A DNA stretch of 62,083 bases from Candidatus Nanoarchaeia archaeon (GTDB lineage: Archaea > Nanobdellota > Nanobdellia > Woesearchaeales > SM23-78): assembly GCA_035289665.1 (NCBI GenBank), contig DATDWO010000071.1:1-62083 (forward strand), read 5' to 3'. Positions 1 to 8,739 of the stretch are shown here, piece by piece. The notes below the pieces were generated by a model. That model was given only the letters and a program-made list of their open reading frames with translations. It had not been told where the DNA came from and ran no database searches. How positions within the stretch are numbered: position 1 is the first letter of the stretch; each line of letters starts with the position of its first letter. The translations under genes and the position numbers were made by a program.

Positions 1-65
1 AGCGTTTGTGAAATCCTGGGTGTTTTTCGAAAATTCTTTTAGAACTGCGGCTTTTTAGCATGATT

Positions 66-359
66 TCAGCGACTTGTACTGAATATTTTTTTGGAATGTC
101 GACTTGCAGGTGCACGTGATTTCCTCCGAATCCTATTTCTCGGCCCCTGCATGGGATAACGAGGCTGGCCAGAGCAACCGTATTTTTGCTCGTTTTGGTT
201 GAGAGTGGCTTCCAAACTTTCTAACTCTGTTTCTTGACTCTGAACTACCGCCTTCAACTCGATAATGTCTAGAGGCGATTCAGGTGTTGCCAGAGAGCTT
301 CTTGGGGGAGAACCAGCTAAGGATAAGGTCAATGCAAAAGGAAGTAAGCTTCTTTTCAT
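66..359 (-). CDS. hypothetical small protein (hydrophobic N-terminus, coiled-coil-like middle, Arg/Lys-rich tail)
   Basis: Internal Met (MKRSLLPFALTLSLAG...) of ORF 66..473 was chosen because the longer form runs into the scpA start region. No recognisable motif. Confidence 0.3.
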   Translation of the reverse strand: MKRSLLPFALTLSLAGSPPRSSLATPESPLDIIELKAVVQSQETELESLEATLNQNEQKYGCSGQPRYPMQGPRNRIRRKSRAPASRHSKKIFSTSR

Positions 360-497
360 AGGTAAAGGAGGGTCTGGAGCCTTATAAAGCATGACCCTTT
401 TTTGAGGAGAAAAACAGCTCAAATAGGACGTCCCATGCACAATCTTTATAAACGTAGATTGACCATATTCCAAGATAGGATTCTAAAGAACACCACC

Positions 498-1250
498 ATG
501 GCCGAACTCTTGATCCAACAAAAAACAGCCACCCAAGACCGTATATTCAGCATCTTATTCAACCAGGATGAAATCACTTGGCAGAACATCATCTACGAAT
601 TAATCAACACTGAACAGATGGATCCTTGGGACATTGACGTGAGTCTAATCGCAGCGCATTTCTTAGACACCATCAAGAAATTGGAAGCCACAGATTTTCG
701 TCTTTCCGGCAAGATCATCCTCGCCTCAGCTTTATTACTGAAAATTAAATCCAATCAATTGTTAGATGAAGACATTGCCGCTTTGGATCAGATGATCTCC
801 GGCGAATTAGACAACGTCAACTTATACGATGAAATCGAAGGCAGCCGCCCAAGACCCGACATTCCTGGATTGGTTCCAAGAACCCCTCAACCAAGAAAAA
901 GAAAAGTTTCCGTATACGACCTAATCCAAGCCTTGGAAAAAGCCTTGGAAGTGGAAGCAAAAAGAAAACGGTTTGTTTCTGCTGCCCCGATGCAAGTGAA
1001 GATGCCCGATAAAAAATTTGACATCAGCGAAGTCATCGAAGACGTTTACGAAAAAGTCTTTGCTCATCATCAGAACAATGGCCAGAATGCCTTGACCTTC
1101 TCGCAGCTCGTCAATTCCGACGTCAAGGAAGATAAGATCTTCATGTTCCAACCCCTTCTTCACCTAGACACGCAAGGCCGTATAGACTTGCAGCAAGCCG
1201 AGCACTTCGGCGAGATTCACATTCATGTGAAGGAGAATAAGGTCTCCTAA
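498..1250 (+). CDS. scpA: segregation and condensation protein A (kleisin)
   Basis: DPWDIDVSLIAAHFLDTIKKLEATDFRLSGKIILASALLLKIKSNQLL matches the ScpA signature. Start moved to ATG 498 (MAELLIQQK), in frame within the TTG-initiated ORF 402..1250. Confidence 0.8.
   Translation: MAELLIQQKTATQDRIFSILFNQDEITWQNIIYELINTEQMDPWDIDVSLIAAHFLDTIKKLEATDFRLSGKIILASALLLKIKSNQLLDEDIAALDQMISGELDNVNLYDEIEGSRPRPDIPGLVPRTPQPRKRKVSVYDLIQALEKALEVEAKRKRFVSAAPMQVKMPDKKFDISEVIEDVYEKVFAHHQNNGQNALTFSQLVNSDVKEDKIFMFQPLLHLDTQGRIDLQQAEHFGEIHIHVKENKVS
1206..1250. repeat. direct repeat DR-A, left copy (authentic 3' end of scpA)
   Basis: 45 nt, 42/45 identical to 3429..3473. Perfect 35-nt core ttcggcgagattcacattcatgtgaaggagaataa. 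Confidence 0.9.
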
Positions 1251-1253
1251 GTC

Positions 1254-1709
1254 TCAGTTTTTAAGTTGTTTGTCAATGGTTTTTTGAATCGTACTAATAT
1301 AAAGATCCATCTGGAATTCAACTGTTTTCCAGGTCTCTTGACTGATGTCTTTTCCTTTGTATTTATTCTGGTTTCGGACAGTGCGAATGGTTTCAAAGAA
1401 GTGCCAGTCGAATTCAAGTTCAGAGTAGTTCAGCAGGATAAAGGCAAAGAGTCCTTGGTGATTACTCGTCTTTTGTTTCTTGAACTTCATAAGAACACCG
1501 CAAAGCTCTCGCAAAACATCGTAGTGAATGTTAAAGATAACTCGCCAATTAGGTTTCTCCATTTTTCTGAGTTGCTTTCCATATTCATAATCTTCGAGCG
1601 CCATCATCTTAACCTTCTCTATCTCATCTTGATCAAAGTGTGCTTCTTCATACAGTCCTTGGCTTACAAGGTCATCGTACACTTCCTCAGGCGTTTTTTC
1701 TTTAGGCAT
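1254..1709 (-). CDS. HEPN-like partner of the MNT gene (putative toxin)
   Basis: Overlaps the upstream MNT gene by 8 nt. Helical protein with IRTVRNQNKYKG, an RNxxxY-type motif shared with the other MNT partners here. Canonical Rx4-6H is absent. Confidence 0.45.
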   Translation of the reverse strand: MPKEKTPEEVYDDLVSQGLYEEAHFDQDEIEKVKMMALEDYEYGKQLRKMEKPNWRVIFNIHYDVLRELCGVLMKFKKQKTSNHQGLFAFILLNYSELEFDWHFFETIRTVRNQNKYKGKDISQETWKTVEFQMDLYISTIQKTIDKQLKN

Positions 1710-2259
1710 GCACAGTCACCGTGAAGGGCTCTAGGCTTTCTTTGATTTGAAATCCTCGAGCAATATTGGGGAGCAATTTGGGATCAAGTTCTTTGCTCAT
1801 CGTATGAGAGTCTATATAACTTAGCACTTGAATCTCTCTTCCCAACTTACGCTCAAAACCAGCTTTGTCAAAACCAGAATCATCGCCATAGATAAAAAGG
1901 TCAATATCACTGGACTTGCTCCAGTCGCCTCTGCCAAAGCTACCGAAAAGAAGAGTTGTTTTAATATCTGGAAGGGATCGGAGATGTTCAAAGAGGCCGC
2001 TCTGTGCAAGCAAGTAGAGTCCATACAATTGTTTCTCCGTACGGAAGGTAAGAGAGTCTTGGTTGGCGACATAATAGGGCATTCGACCGCGTGGTTTGGC
2101 TCGCAAGATAACGTTTTCTTTTATGAGTTTTTTCAAGTAATGGTTGACCCGCTCTCGGCTCATGACAGAAGCTCGTACAAGGTCTTCAAAGTGCCATCTT
2201 CGCAAGCTTTCCTCTAAAAACAGGGCTTTGAGCTTCTCCACTTTAGTATGATAAATCAT
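1702..2259 (-). CDS. winged-helix + minimal nucleotidyltransferase (MNT-type antitoxin)
   Basis: LLFGSFGRGDWSKSSDIDLFIY is the GSxxRG...DxD nucleotidyltransferase motif. The N-terminal ~70 aa are wHTH-like. Confidence 0.75.
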   Translation of the reverse strand: MIYHTKVEKLKALFLEESLRRWHFEDLVRASVMSRERVNHYLKKLIKENVILRAKPRGRMPYYVANQDSLTFRTEKQLYGLYLLAQSGLFEHLRSLPDIKTTLLFGSFGRGDWSKSSDIDLFIYGDDSGFDKAGFERKLGREIQVLSYIDSHTMSKELDPKLLPNIARGFQIKESLEPFTVTVHA

Positions 2260-2361
2260 ACTAATATTTAAAGGTTACGACTTAAATAATATACCAAATC
2301 ACATAATAATATGTTACTAAATACCATAAAGTTTATATACTAAGTCACATTTCTAGAGTAA

Positions 2362-2763
2362 ATGAAAATAGAAAGCCATCTTCGGAACTACAAAGAAAGT
2401 CTTGAGGAGCTAGAAAGAGCCATCCGAAGCGGCCTAGAAGGAAAGCAAAGAACCATTGGGTTTCATGCTTCCGTTGCCATGGTGGATTTGCTAGAGATGT
2501 TTCTGCACAAGAAAAACCTATTGAGTTCAGACCAGGTTCTAAAGCACGACTGGTTCGCTTCGAAAAACAAGATCCAAGAAAAACTATCCATACCTTTCGA
2601 CAGAAAAGAAGAAATTCTAACGCATATGCATTCCATTGAAGAAAGGCGAAACACGCTTTGCTACGGCTCGCCGCAAGAAAAACAAATTCTAGAAGAGATC
2701 ATTCAGCATTTCCAAGCATTGCGAAAAATATTCAAGGAGTTGGGGTTGGATGAAATCAAGTAA
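2362..2763 (+). CDS. HEPN-like protein paired with a nucleotidyltransferase
   Basis: Helical 133-aa protein with an ERRNTLCYG motif. Overlaps the following NTase gene by 14 nt. Confidence 0.45.
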   Translation: MKIESHLRNYKESLEELERAIRSGLEGKQRTIGFHASVAMVDLLEMFLHKKNLLSSDQVLKHDWFASKNKIQEKLSIPFDRKEEILTHMHSIEERRNTLCYGSPQEKQILEEIIQHFQALRKIFKELGLDEIK

Positions 2764-3388
2764 ATTAGTGGCCTACGCCATGGATTTTGCTTCCTTCTTC
2801 ATGGAACAGATAAAAGATCCCGATACGGTCCGAGCGATCATCTTATTCGGGAGTACAGCCCGTGGAGATCAGACACTGGAAAGCGACATAGATCTATTCA
2901 TCGATACCGACACGATAAACAATGTTTTTGTAAATAAAGTCTTGGATGATTTCTACGCAAGCCTTAAGTTTCAGAAATATTGGAAGTTACTTGGAGTTTC
3001 AAATTCGATTTCTTGCAAAGTCGGGCGATTGGAAGAATGGGAATTAAAAAATTCCATGATAGCGAATGGAATTGCTATCTACTCAAAATATGCCGGAAAG
3101 CCAGATGGAGAGCTATACGTCTTATTCTTAGTCGAAGTGAAAGGCTTGCACAAGGACAAGGTTAGGATTTGGAGGAGGCTCTACGGCTACAAGCAGAAAG
3201 TTAAAGATAAAACATATGTCCTACCCGGCCTCATCGAACGCCTCGGTGGGAAGCGCCTCTCTCCCTCTGCCTTTTCCATTCCAGCAGCACGATCCTACGA
3301 GATGCAGGACTTCCTCTCAAAAAACAGTCTAACATATCAAAGGATGGACATCTGGACGAACAACCTCAACGTTCCCGGCAACAACTAG
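2750..3388 (+). CDS. nucleotidyltransferase domain protein
   Basis: ILFGSTARGDQTLESDIDLFID motif. Confidence 0.75.
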   Translation: MKSSKLVAYAMDFASFFMEQIKDPDTVRAIILFGSTARGDQTLESDIDLFIDTDTINNVFVNKVLDDFYASLKFQKYWKLLGVSNSISCKVGRLEEWELKNSMIANGIAIYSKYAGKPDGELYVLFLVEVKGLHKDKVRIWRRLYGYKQKVKDKTYVLPGLIERLGGKRLSPSAFSIPAARSYEMQDFLSKNSLTYQRMDIWTNNLNVPGNN

Positions 3389-3428
3389 ACGACCACCGTC
3401 AAAGCATCGAAGACCTCAACAACCTCCT

Positions 3429-3473
3429 TTCGGCGAGATTCACATTCATGTGAAGGAGAATAAAGCTTCCTAA
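3429..3473. repeat. direct repeat DR-A, right copy (orphan duplicate of the scpA 3' end)
   Basis: Would encode FGEIHIHVKENKAS-stop, versus FGEIHIHVKENKVS-stop at the real scpA end. Sequence upstream of it is unrelated to scpA. Confidence 0.9.
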
Positions 3474-3576
3474 CGGGTTTCTGTCAAATAAGCCATAAAA
3501 GTTCTAAATAGTTGATCGAAAGCTTTATATAGATAAAGTAATTACTTATAATTACAAATGATTAGAGTAGGTTCCA

Positions 3577-3774
3577 TTGAAGCTGATCATTACAATCCAT
3601 GCACGGCAGCAGATGTTCGATCGAGGAGTCGACGAAGAGCAGATAAAAACAGCCATACAAAGAGGGGTCAAGTTCAGACAAACCGATGGATTTAAATCCA
3701 TCTACTCTTATATAGGGGTTTGCTATAAAGTCAAAGGCGATGAATACACCATAAAAACCGTAACAATCGAATAA
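3577..3774 (+). CDS. DUF4258-like small toxin candidate
   Basis: TTG start. IHARQQMFDRGVDEEQIKTAIQRG resembles the DUF4258 HAxxRMxxRGI signature. Sits 2 nt upstream of the antitoxin-like gene. Confidence 0.45.
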   Translation: MKLIITIHARQQMFDRGVDEEQIKTAIQRGVKFRQTDGFKSIYSYIGVCYKVKGDEYTIKTVTIE

Positions 3775-3776
3775 AA

Positions 3777-4106
3777 ATGGTCAAATGCTATCTATGCGAA
3801 AAAGGAACCTTAAGCCGGAAAAAGGTAGATTACGAGCTATACGGCACTTCTTTAGGTAAGTTCATGGCTGAGACTTGCAATGCCTGCGGTGAAATCTTCT
3901 TCTCAGAGAACGTTTCTAAAAAAATGACCGAGCTTGCTAAGAAAAAGGGTCTTTGGGGTTTGTATGCCAAGACCAAGATCGGTCAAGCTGGAACAACCTT
4001 AGACATCCGTCTGCCTAAGAAGATCATTCAATTCCTCAACTTAAAAAAAGGCACTGAGATCAATCTGCAGCCAGAAGGAAGGAATAGATTGGTTATAACG
4101 ACTTAA
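3777..4106 (+). CDS. YgiT/MqsA-type zinc-finger protein with C-terminal AbrB/SpoVT-like domain (antitoxin candidate)
   Basis: CYLCEKG...CNACGE forms a CxxC...CxxC zinc ribbon. C-terminal LDIRLPKKIIQFLNLKKGTEINLQPEG is a swapped-hairpin-like motif. Confidence 0.55.
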   Translation: MVKCYLCEKGTLSRKKVDYELYGTSLGKFMAETCNACGEIFFSENVSKKMTELAKKKGLWGLYAKTKIGQAGTTLDIRLPKKIIQFLNLKKGTEINLQPEGRNRLVITT

Positions 4107-4117
4107 TTTGTCAAGTA

Positions 4118-4255
4118 ATAGCGAATCTCATAAATATCGATAATTCCGTTAATCAAGCTACTTATCTAGATGGAATTATCGGGATGAATAATCCCGCCAA
4201 AAGTAAGATAATCAGCGGGATTATCCATAATTGAACAAATTGTGAGATTCGCTAT
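4118..4255. repeat. nested inverted-repeat element
   Basis: Outer IR is atagcgaatctca 4118-4130 with tgagattcgctat 4243-4255. Inner IRs are cgataattcc 4138-4147 / ggaattatcg 4172-4181 and ataatcccgc 4188-4197 / gcgggattat 4215-4224. Confidence 0.8.
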
Positions 4256-4474
4256 AAGTGAAAAACTCAATTCGCTACTAAGTCACATATAAAATTGTTA
4301 CTAGATACCATAAAATTTGTAAATGAACCAAAGTTACATATATGGGTAACCTTCGTTAATCATAAAAACACACTAACGCCGTCGATGGATATATTTTTTG
4401 TTAGCATATCATTATCAAAAATGATAATATAATAAAAACGAAATATTTATATAGATAAGCCCCTTAATAGAGGC

Positions 4475-5182
4475 ATGCAACTCCTCCAAGTCATCCGGCA
4501 TTTGGAACAGTCATCTTTGGCTGTATTTACCATAAACGATCTGTCACGTATTCTTCGAAAACCAAAAAACTACTGCTCTCTATATCTTCACCGGCTGAAG
4601 AAAAAAGAGCATATCTTACAAGTTGAAAAGGGAAAATACGCCCTAAATGACACCAACATATACGCAATTGCATCCAATTTAATTCCTCATTCTTATGTTT
4701 CCTTCTTATCAGCATTATCTTATTACAAACTCACGACGCAGCTCCCGCAAACCATTCATGTGGTAGCCCCAAAGTCTAAAAAGCCAATCTACTTTCAAGG
4801 ATACAACCTCCACTTTGTTAAAATGAATCCTTCAAAGATTTTCAGCATAACTAAACAATATTCAGGAGGGAAAAATCTTTTTATTGGGACCAAGGAAAAA
4901 GTGATCATTGACTCCATCTACCTCCCCCGATACTGTCCTTTAAGTGAAACGTATGATGCTCTCAAAGAAGCAAAATTAGGCCTGAATGAGCTACTGCGCA
5001 CAGCTTTAAAAATGCACTCTTTTGTCCTGATGAAGCGTTTAGGCTATTTGCTTGAGAAAGAAGGCATCAACCTTTCAAGAAAAATCAAGCTAAATAAAAC
5101 CTATGATCGCCTGAATCCATTTACCCCTGGAAAAGGAAGGCGAAACGACAAGTGGAAGCTTATCGTGAATGAGGAGATCTAA
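4475..5182 (+). CDS. abiEi: AbiEi-like antitoxin / transcriptional regulator
   Basis: N-terminal wHTH (FTINDLSRILRKPKNYCSLYLHRLKKKEHILQVEKGKYAL). Stop overlaps the start of the AbiEii-like gene. Confidence 0.6.
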   Translation: MQLLQVIRHLEQSSLAVFTINDLSRILRKPKNYCSLYLHRLKKKEHILQVEKGKYALNDTNIYAIASNLIPHSYVSFLSALSYYKLTTQLPQTIHVVAPKSKKPIYFQGYNLHFVKMNPSKIFSITKQYSGGKNLFIGTKEKVIIDSIYLPRYCPLSETYDALKEAKLGLNELLRTALKMHSFVLMKRLGYLLEKEGINLSRKIKLNKTYDRLNPFTPGKGRRNDKWKLIVNEEI

Positions 5183-5946
5183 TGGATAGAAACGAATTAT
5201 CTAAGTATCAGACTGTCCTTAACTTGAACCTGGGACAGCTTGATGTCGACTATTTCCAGCACCAAATCCTCCTTCTTCTTTCCAGAACCACTTCGAATGA
5301 GCTCGTCTTTAAAGGAGGAACGGCCCTAGCCAAAGCCTTCGGTTTGAGCCGCTTCTCTGAAGACCTGGATTTTACAGCCGTCAAGAAGATAGACCTAGGA
5401 AAAATCCTTGATCGAATCGTAACAGAGCTCAGAATCATGGGCACAACGACTGAAGCAAGCCCGATAGAGAAAAAAGAAGTCTCCACCACAGGCCGATTGC
5501 GCATCCAAGGTACTACATACGATGGGACTGAGCTATCCAAACTCTCCATTCATATGGATATTTCCACTCGAGAAAAAGTAATTCTTTCCCCCCTTTTCAT
5601 CGAAATTACGCCCCTCTATCAGGACTTGCAACCCTATACGCTTCTTGTCATGAAGCCGGAAGAAATCCTGGCCGAAAAAGTAAGGGCTTTGCTTACGCGA
5701 AACAAAGCAAGGGACCTATACGACCTCTATTTCTTACTCAACAAAAAAATACCACTAAATGTAAAACTCGCTCAGGAAAAACTTTCCTATTACAGGCAAG
5801 CCTTCAACCGAAAGAAGATGGAAGAAAAGATAGGCTTGCTGAAGAAATCCTGGAAAAACGAGCTGGAACCGCTCGTGCAGGATCTTCCCCCATTCGACCA
5901 AGTCAGGAAAGCAGTGCAAGATGCCATCCACAAATCATTTGGATAG
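5182..5946 (+). CDS. abiEii: AbiEii/AbiGii-family nucleotidyltransferase toxin (DUF1814-like)
   Basis: FKGGTALAKAFGLSRFSEDLDFT is typical of the AbiEii NTase family. Confidence 0.7.
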   Translation: MDRNELSKYQTVLNLNLGQLDVDYFQHQILLLLSRTTSNELVFKGGTALAKAFGLSRFSEDLDFTAVKKIDLGKILDRIVTELRIMGTTTEASPIEKKEVSTTGRLRIQGTTYDGTELSKLSIHMDISTREKVILSPLFIEITPLYQDLQPYTLLVMKPEEILAEKVRALLTRNKARDLYDLYFLLNKKIPLNVKLAQEKLSYYRQAFNRKKMEEKIGLLKKSWKNELEPLVQDLPPFDQVRKAVQDAIHKSFG

Positions 5947-5948
5947 GT

Positions 5949-6890
5949 CTACGCTCTCGGATACAAATTATACTTATGCTGCCGTTTGCTGTAAAAATAG
6001 CTCATACTGCTCAGTGTATCTTTAAATTGAGAGCGTAGCTCTCGCAGGAAGCTGTCCAAATCTGAAATAGAAGCTGCCACATAATAAATAAAGAGCGTGG
6101 GGCTATTCGCGCTCTTAAAACAGGCACGAATCTCTTTTTTACTGCGAAGATATTGAACCAGTCGCTGCTCTTCGTTAAAAAGGTGGAAATTCAGCCATAC
6201 AAAGTACATGTTCAGCCCAAGGACACCAACATTGATTTTGGCAAGGAAACGCCGGATGATCCCTGCTTCTTTGAGGTGCTTGATGCGTGCACTCACTGTT
6301 TCATACGTTAAACCGATCCGGTCAGCCATTTCTCGAAATTGAAGTGTAGCATTTTCGTCTAAAAGAGCAAGCAATTTATGATCGGTTTTATCAGGAACCA
6401 GTGTTGAAAAAGAAGAGGGTTTAGGAAGGTTTTCCGGGAAAAAATCTTTACGAATGGGGAGCATATTTTGAAAATAGAACTTAGCGACTTCATGAACTTG
6501 GTATTGGACAATGTTTTTGGAAAAGGGTTCTAGGATCTGATTTAAAAGGGCTGGGAAAAAATCATTGAGGGGGTGAGTCATTTCTAAGATCAGATCCCAG
6601 TCTCCACTGAGTTCATCCACAATGATGACAAAGGGCAACGCACAGAGATGTTGAATAAAAGTAGAAGTTTCTTCTTCCGTCATGCTCAGCTTCAAGAAAA
6701 GTTCCCGAGTGCAATAGTTAGGTAAATCAATTTGGGCAAAGTAACCTTGAATAAGCCCTTCGTGTTCCATGCGCTGAATCTTATAGTCCACCCCATTCTT
6801 ACTGAGGCTGACTTTTTTGCCGAGCTGAAGATGGCTGATCCGGCAGTCTTGAGTAAGCTCGTACAACTTGATATTTACCTGTTCGTTCAA
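5949..6890 (-). CDS. tandem Lrp/AsnC-type transcriptional regulator
   Basis: Two HTH-AsnC-like modules (LGKKVSLSKNGVDYKIQRMEHEGLIQGY and FREMADRIGLTYETVSARIKHLKEAGIIRRF). Confidence 0.6.
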   Translation of the reverse strand: MNEQVNIKLYELTQDCRISHLQLGKKVSLSKNGVDYKIQRMEHEGLIQGYFAQIDLPNYCTRELFLKLSMTEEETSTFIQHLCALPFVIIVDELSGDWDLILEMTHPLNDFFPALLNQILEPFSKNIVQYQVHEVAKFYFQNMLPIRKDFFPENLPKPSSFSTLVPDKTDHKLLALLDENATLQFREMADRIGLTYETVSARIKHLKEAGIIRRFLAKINVGVLGLNMYFVWLNFHLFNEEQRLVQYLRSKKEIRACFKSANSPTLFIYYVAASISDLDSFLRELRSQFKDTLSSMSYFYSKRQHKYNLYPRA

Positions 6891-7068
6891 AGATCCTCAC
6901 GAAATAGATCAATTAACTCATGCACTGCGTCAAGACCATAAGGATATCATCGATCGACAAGAATATATGATTCTTTGTAAACAATTGGGGTTCAACTTAT
7001 TCCCAAAAGGGCTACTTAAGTGAGTTTATCCTTTGTTAATTTGCCTTGTAAGAATTCATTTCTTGATT

Positions 7069-7533
7069 TTATGGCAACTTGGAGAATTTTCCTTCGTCCA
7101 CTGGAAAGGGAGGTGGAGATGCTCCATAAACCTCCAAAGCAGGTGTCATGGAATGACCTTGCATGATTTCAGTGAGGACATCAAAGGCCGTACCTTGTTC
7201 ATCCTTAACAACAACCCGAAGGGGTTCAAACCATTGACCATGCATCTCCCAATTCCCAACCAGAGCATGCTCTTCAGGTGTCAGAACCCATAACATCCCA
7301 TTCACTTTCTTTCCCTTGGCTCTTCGGGCACAATACGTCTTAAATGAAGGGTCCCACCCGCAACGAAAAAGAATTTCCCTCACATTCGAAGGGATCTCGA
7401 GCCATTCTTGAATGCACAATTCAAAATCTTCCAGTACAGCAGGAACGCCCATCGGTACACGTCCAACCATAGCCTCCATCATTTCAGGAGTCTTATTGGC
7501 TCCATATCCAAAATAGCGAACAGTTGAGGTCAT
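7069..7533 (-). CDS. gamma-glutamylcyclotransferase / AIG2-like protein
   Basis: N-terminal RYFGYGANKTPEMM resembles the GGCT YFAYGSN motif. Size is compatible. Confidence 0.5.
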   Translation of the reverse strand: MTSTVRYFGYGANKTPEMMEAMVGRVPMGVPAVLEDFELCIQEWLEIPSNVREILFRCGWDPSFKTYCARRAKGKKVNGMLWVLTPEEHALVGNWEMHGQWFEPLRVVVKDEQGTAFDVLTEIMQGHSMTPALEVYGASPPPFPVDEGKFSKLP

Positions 7534-7621
7534 ACAACCTCAATAAAGTAAAGCGTTGTTTAAATAGATTATGAGAACCATTTCAAGAAAGATTTTTAAA
7601 CTCATCTAACAGAAAGAGACC

Positions 7622-8611
7622 ATGATTAACTTGGATTTCGTGCGTATATTCGTAAACGGTAACGTTCAAAATAGATTTGTTCTGTTGGCGGAAAGATTAG
7701 AGCAGTTTATCGCTGAAATTGCCCCCATTATAGAAAGAGTTAATCTCTCCGTGGATCGCTTTAAAGGCATGACTATGGAAAAAGTCACTTCGAATGAGAT
7801 TGAAGTTAGTTACCGAAGCGATGCTACAAACGCAAAGGCAGGGCTATCTGCTTATAATCGAATGTTTGGTCAAATTGATCATCATCTGGCGATGGCTTCC
7901 TCAAATTTTGGCTTACCTAAATTTTTAGAAGAAAATGGTGTTCCAAAAGCACTCATAAACGAATATCAATCATGTATCCACCAATATTGGGATGAAACAT
8001 ATGGATTGATTGGGAATAAATTTAGAAAAATTTTACCTATACTAAAAGATATGCGCAGCACTTTAAGTAGGGAGGTATTCTTACTCGAGGCGCAACAAAA
8101 AGTGCTCTATTTTAGAGGATTTGACCCAGCAAGGGAGTTACATGAATTGTTCAAGAAAGAACGAGAATTATTTTACAAATTAGTCGGGGAATGGCGAAGC
8201 AGCGATTTCTCAGATGAATTTACCCATGTAGAATCCATATGTAACGTGTATCTAGCTAAAGCAAAAGAGTGGGCTAAAAATGTAATGCGTCAAACACAGT
8301 CATTGGTAAAAGAAGATTTTACAAGTCATCAAGAAAAAGGGCAAAGGATTTTACTTGTATTGATGTACTCATTAGGAGCTGCAAATACCCTTTTAAATCT
8401 AAATCTTAAGAAAAAAGCAGCGAGCGCAGGAATCAAATACCTTATCGGGAAAATAGGAGGGCTAAAAGAATATATGGAGCAAAAAGGAGTGATAACCAAG
8501 TTTGAAGGAGCTCAAAGAGCAGCACAAGCTCTTGTAGCTGAAAGAACACAAGATGCTATGGCAAATGGATTAACTAGAGCAGCCCAAGAACTGTTAAGGA
8601 TTGTAGCATAG
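7622..8611 (+). CDS. hypothetical 329-aa helical protein with one hydrophobic segment
   Basis: Long ORF with a promoter-like AT-rich upstream region. ILLVLMYSLGAANTLLNL is a TM-like segment. No motif recognised. Confidence 0.5.
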   Translation: MINLDFVRIFVNGNVQNRFVLLAERLEQFIAEIAPIIERVNLSVDRFKGMTMEKVTSNEIEVSYRSDATNAKAGLSAYNRMFGQIDHHLAMASSNFGLPKFLEENGVPKALINEYQSCIHQYWDETYGLIGNKFRKILPILKDMRSTLSREVFLLEAQQKVLYFRGFDPARELHELFKKERELFYKLVGEWRSSDFSDEFTHVESICNVYLAKAKEWAKNVMRQTQSLVKEDFTSHQEKGQRILLVLMYSLGAANTLLNLNLKKKAASAGIKYLIGKIGGLKEYMEQKGVITKFEGAQRAAQALVAERTQDAMANGLTRAAQELLRIVA

Positions 8612-8618
8612 TAGCTTG

Positions 8619-8716
8619 TATACGTCTACACCCCCCAATATTTTCTTGTAATGTGTCCGTACACCTCATCCAGCCATTTCAATCTCCAGTCGGTTCTTCT
8701 CGACGGGGTAAATCCG
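8619..8716. repeat. cassette-junction repeat R, copy a
   Basis: Starts with tatacgtctaca. An imperfect palindrome spans 8619-8663. It is followed by a ~50-nt block nearly identical to copy b (ttcaatctccagtcggttcttctcgacggggtaaatccg). Confidence 0.85.
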
Positions 8717-8730
8717 AAACCTTTAAATAT
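8715..8730 (+). promoter_or_regulatory. BRE/TATA-like promoter of the MNT gene
   Basis: cgaaacctttaaatat lies 32 nt upstream of ATG 8762. The same cgaaaccttta core occurs at 10212 and 15667. Confidence 0.5.
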
Positions 8731-8739
8731 ATGGCTTAT

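Noticed and set aside
8676-8720. The segment ccatttcaatctccagtcggttcttctcgacggggtaaatccgaaac looks superficially like a CRISPR repeat, with a ...GAAAC 3' end and an internal hairpin.
   Set aside because: There are only two copies (8619-8716 and 9970-10068), 1.35 kb apart and separated by genes. The GAAAC end is not conserved in copy b (ccgtacc). No regular repeat-spacer periodicity and no cas genes are present.
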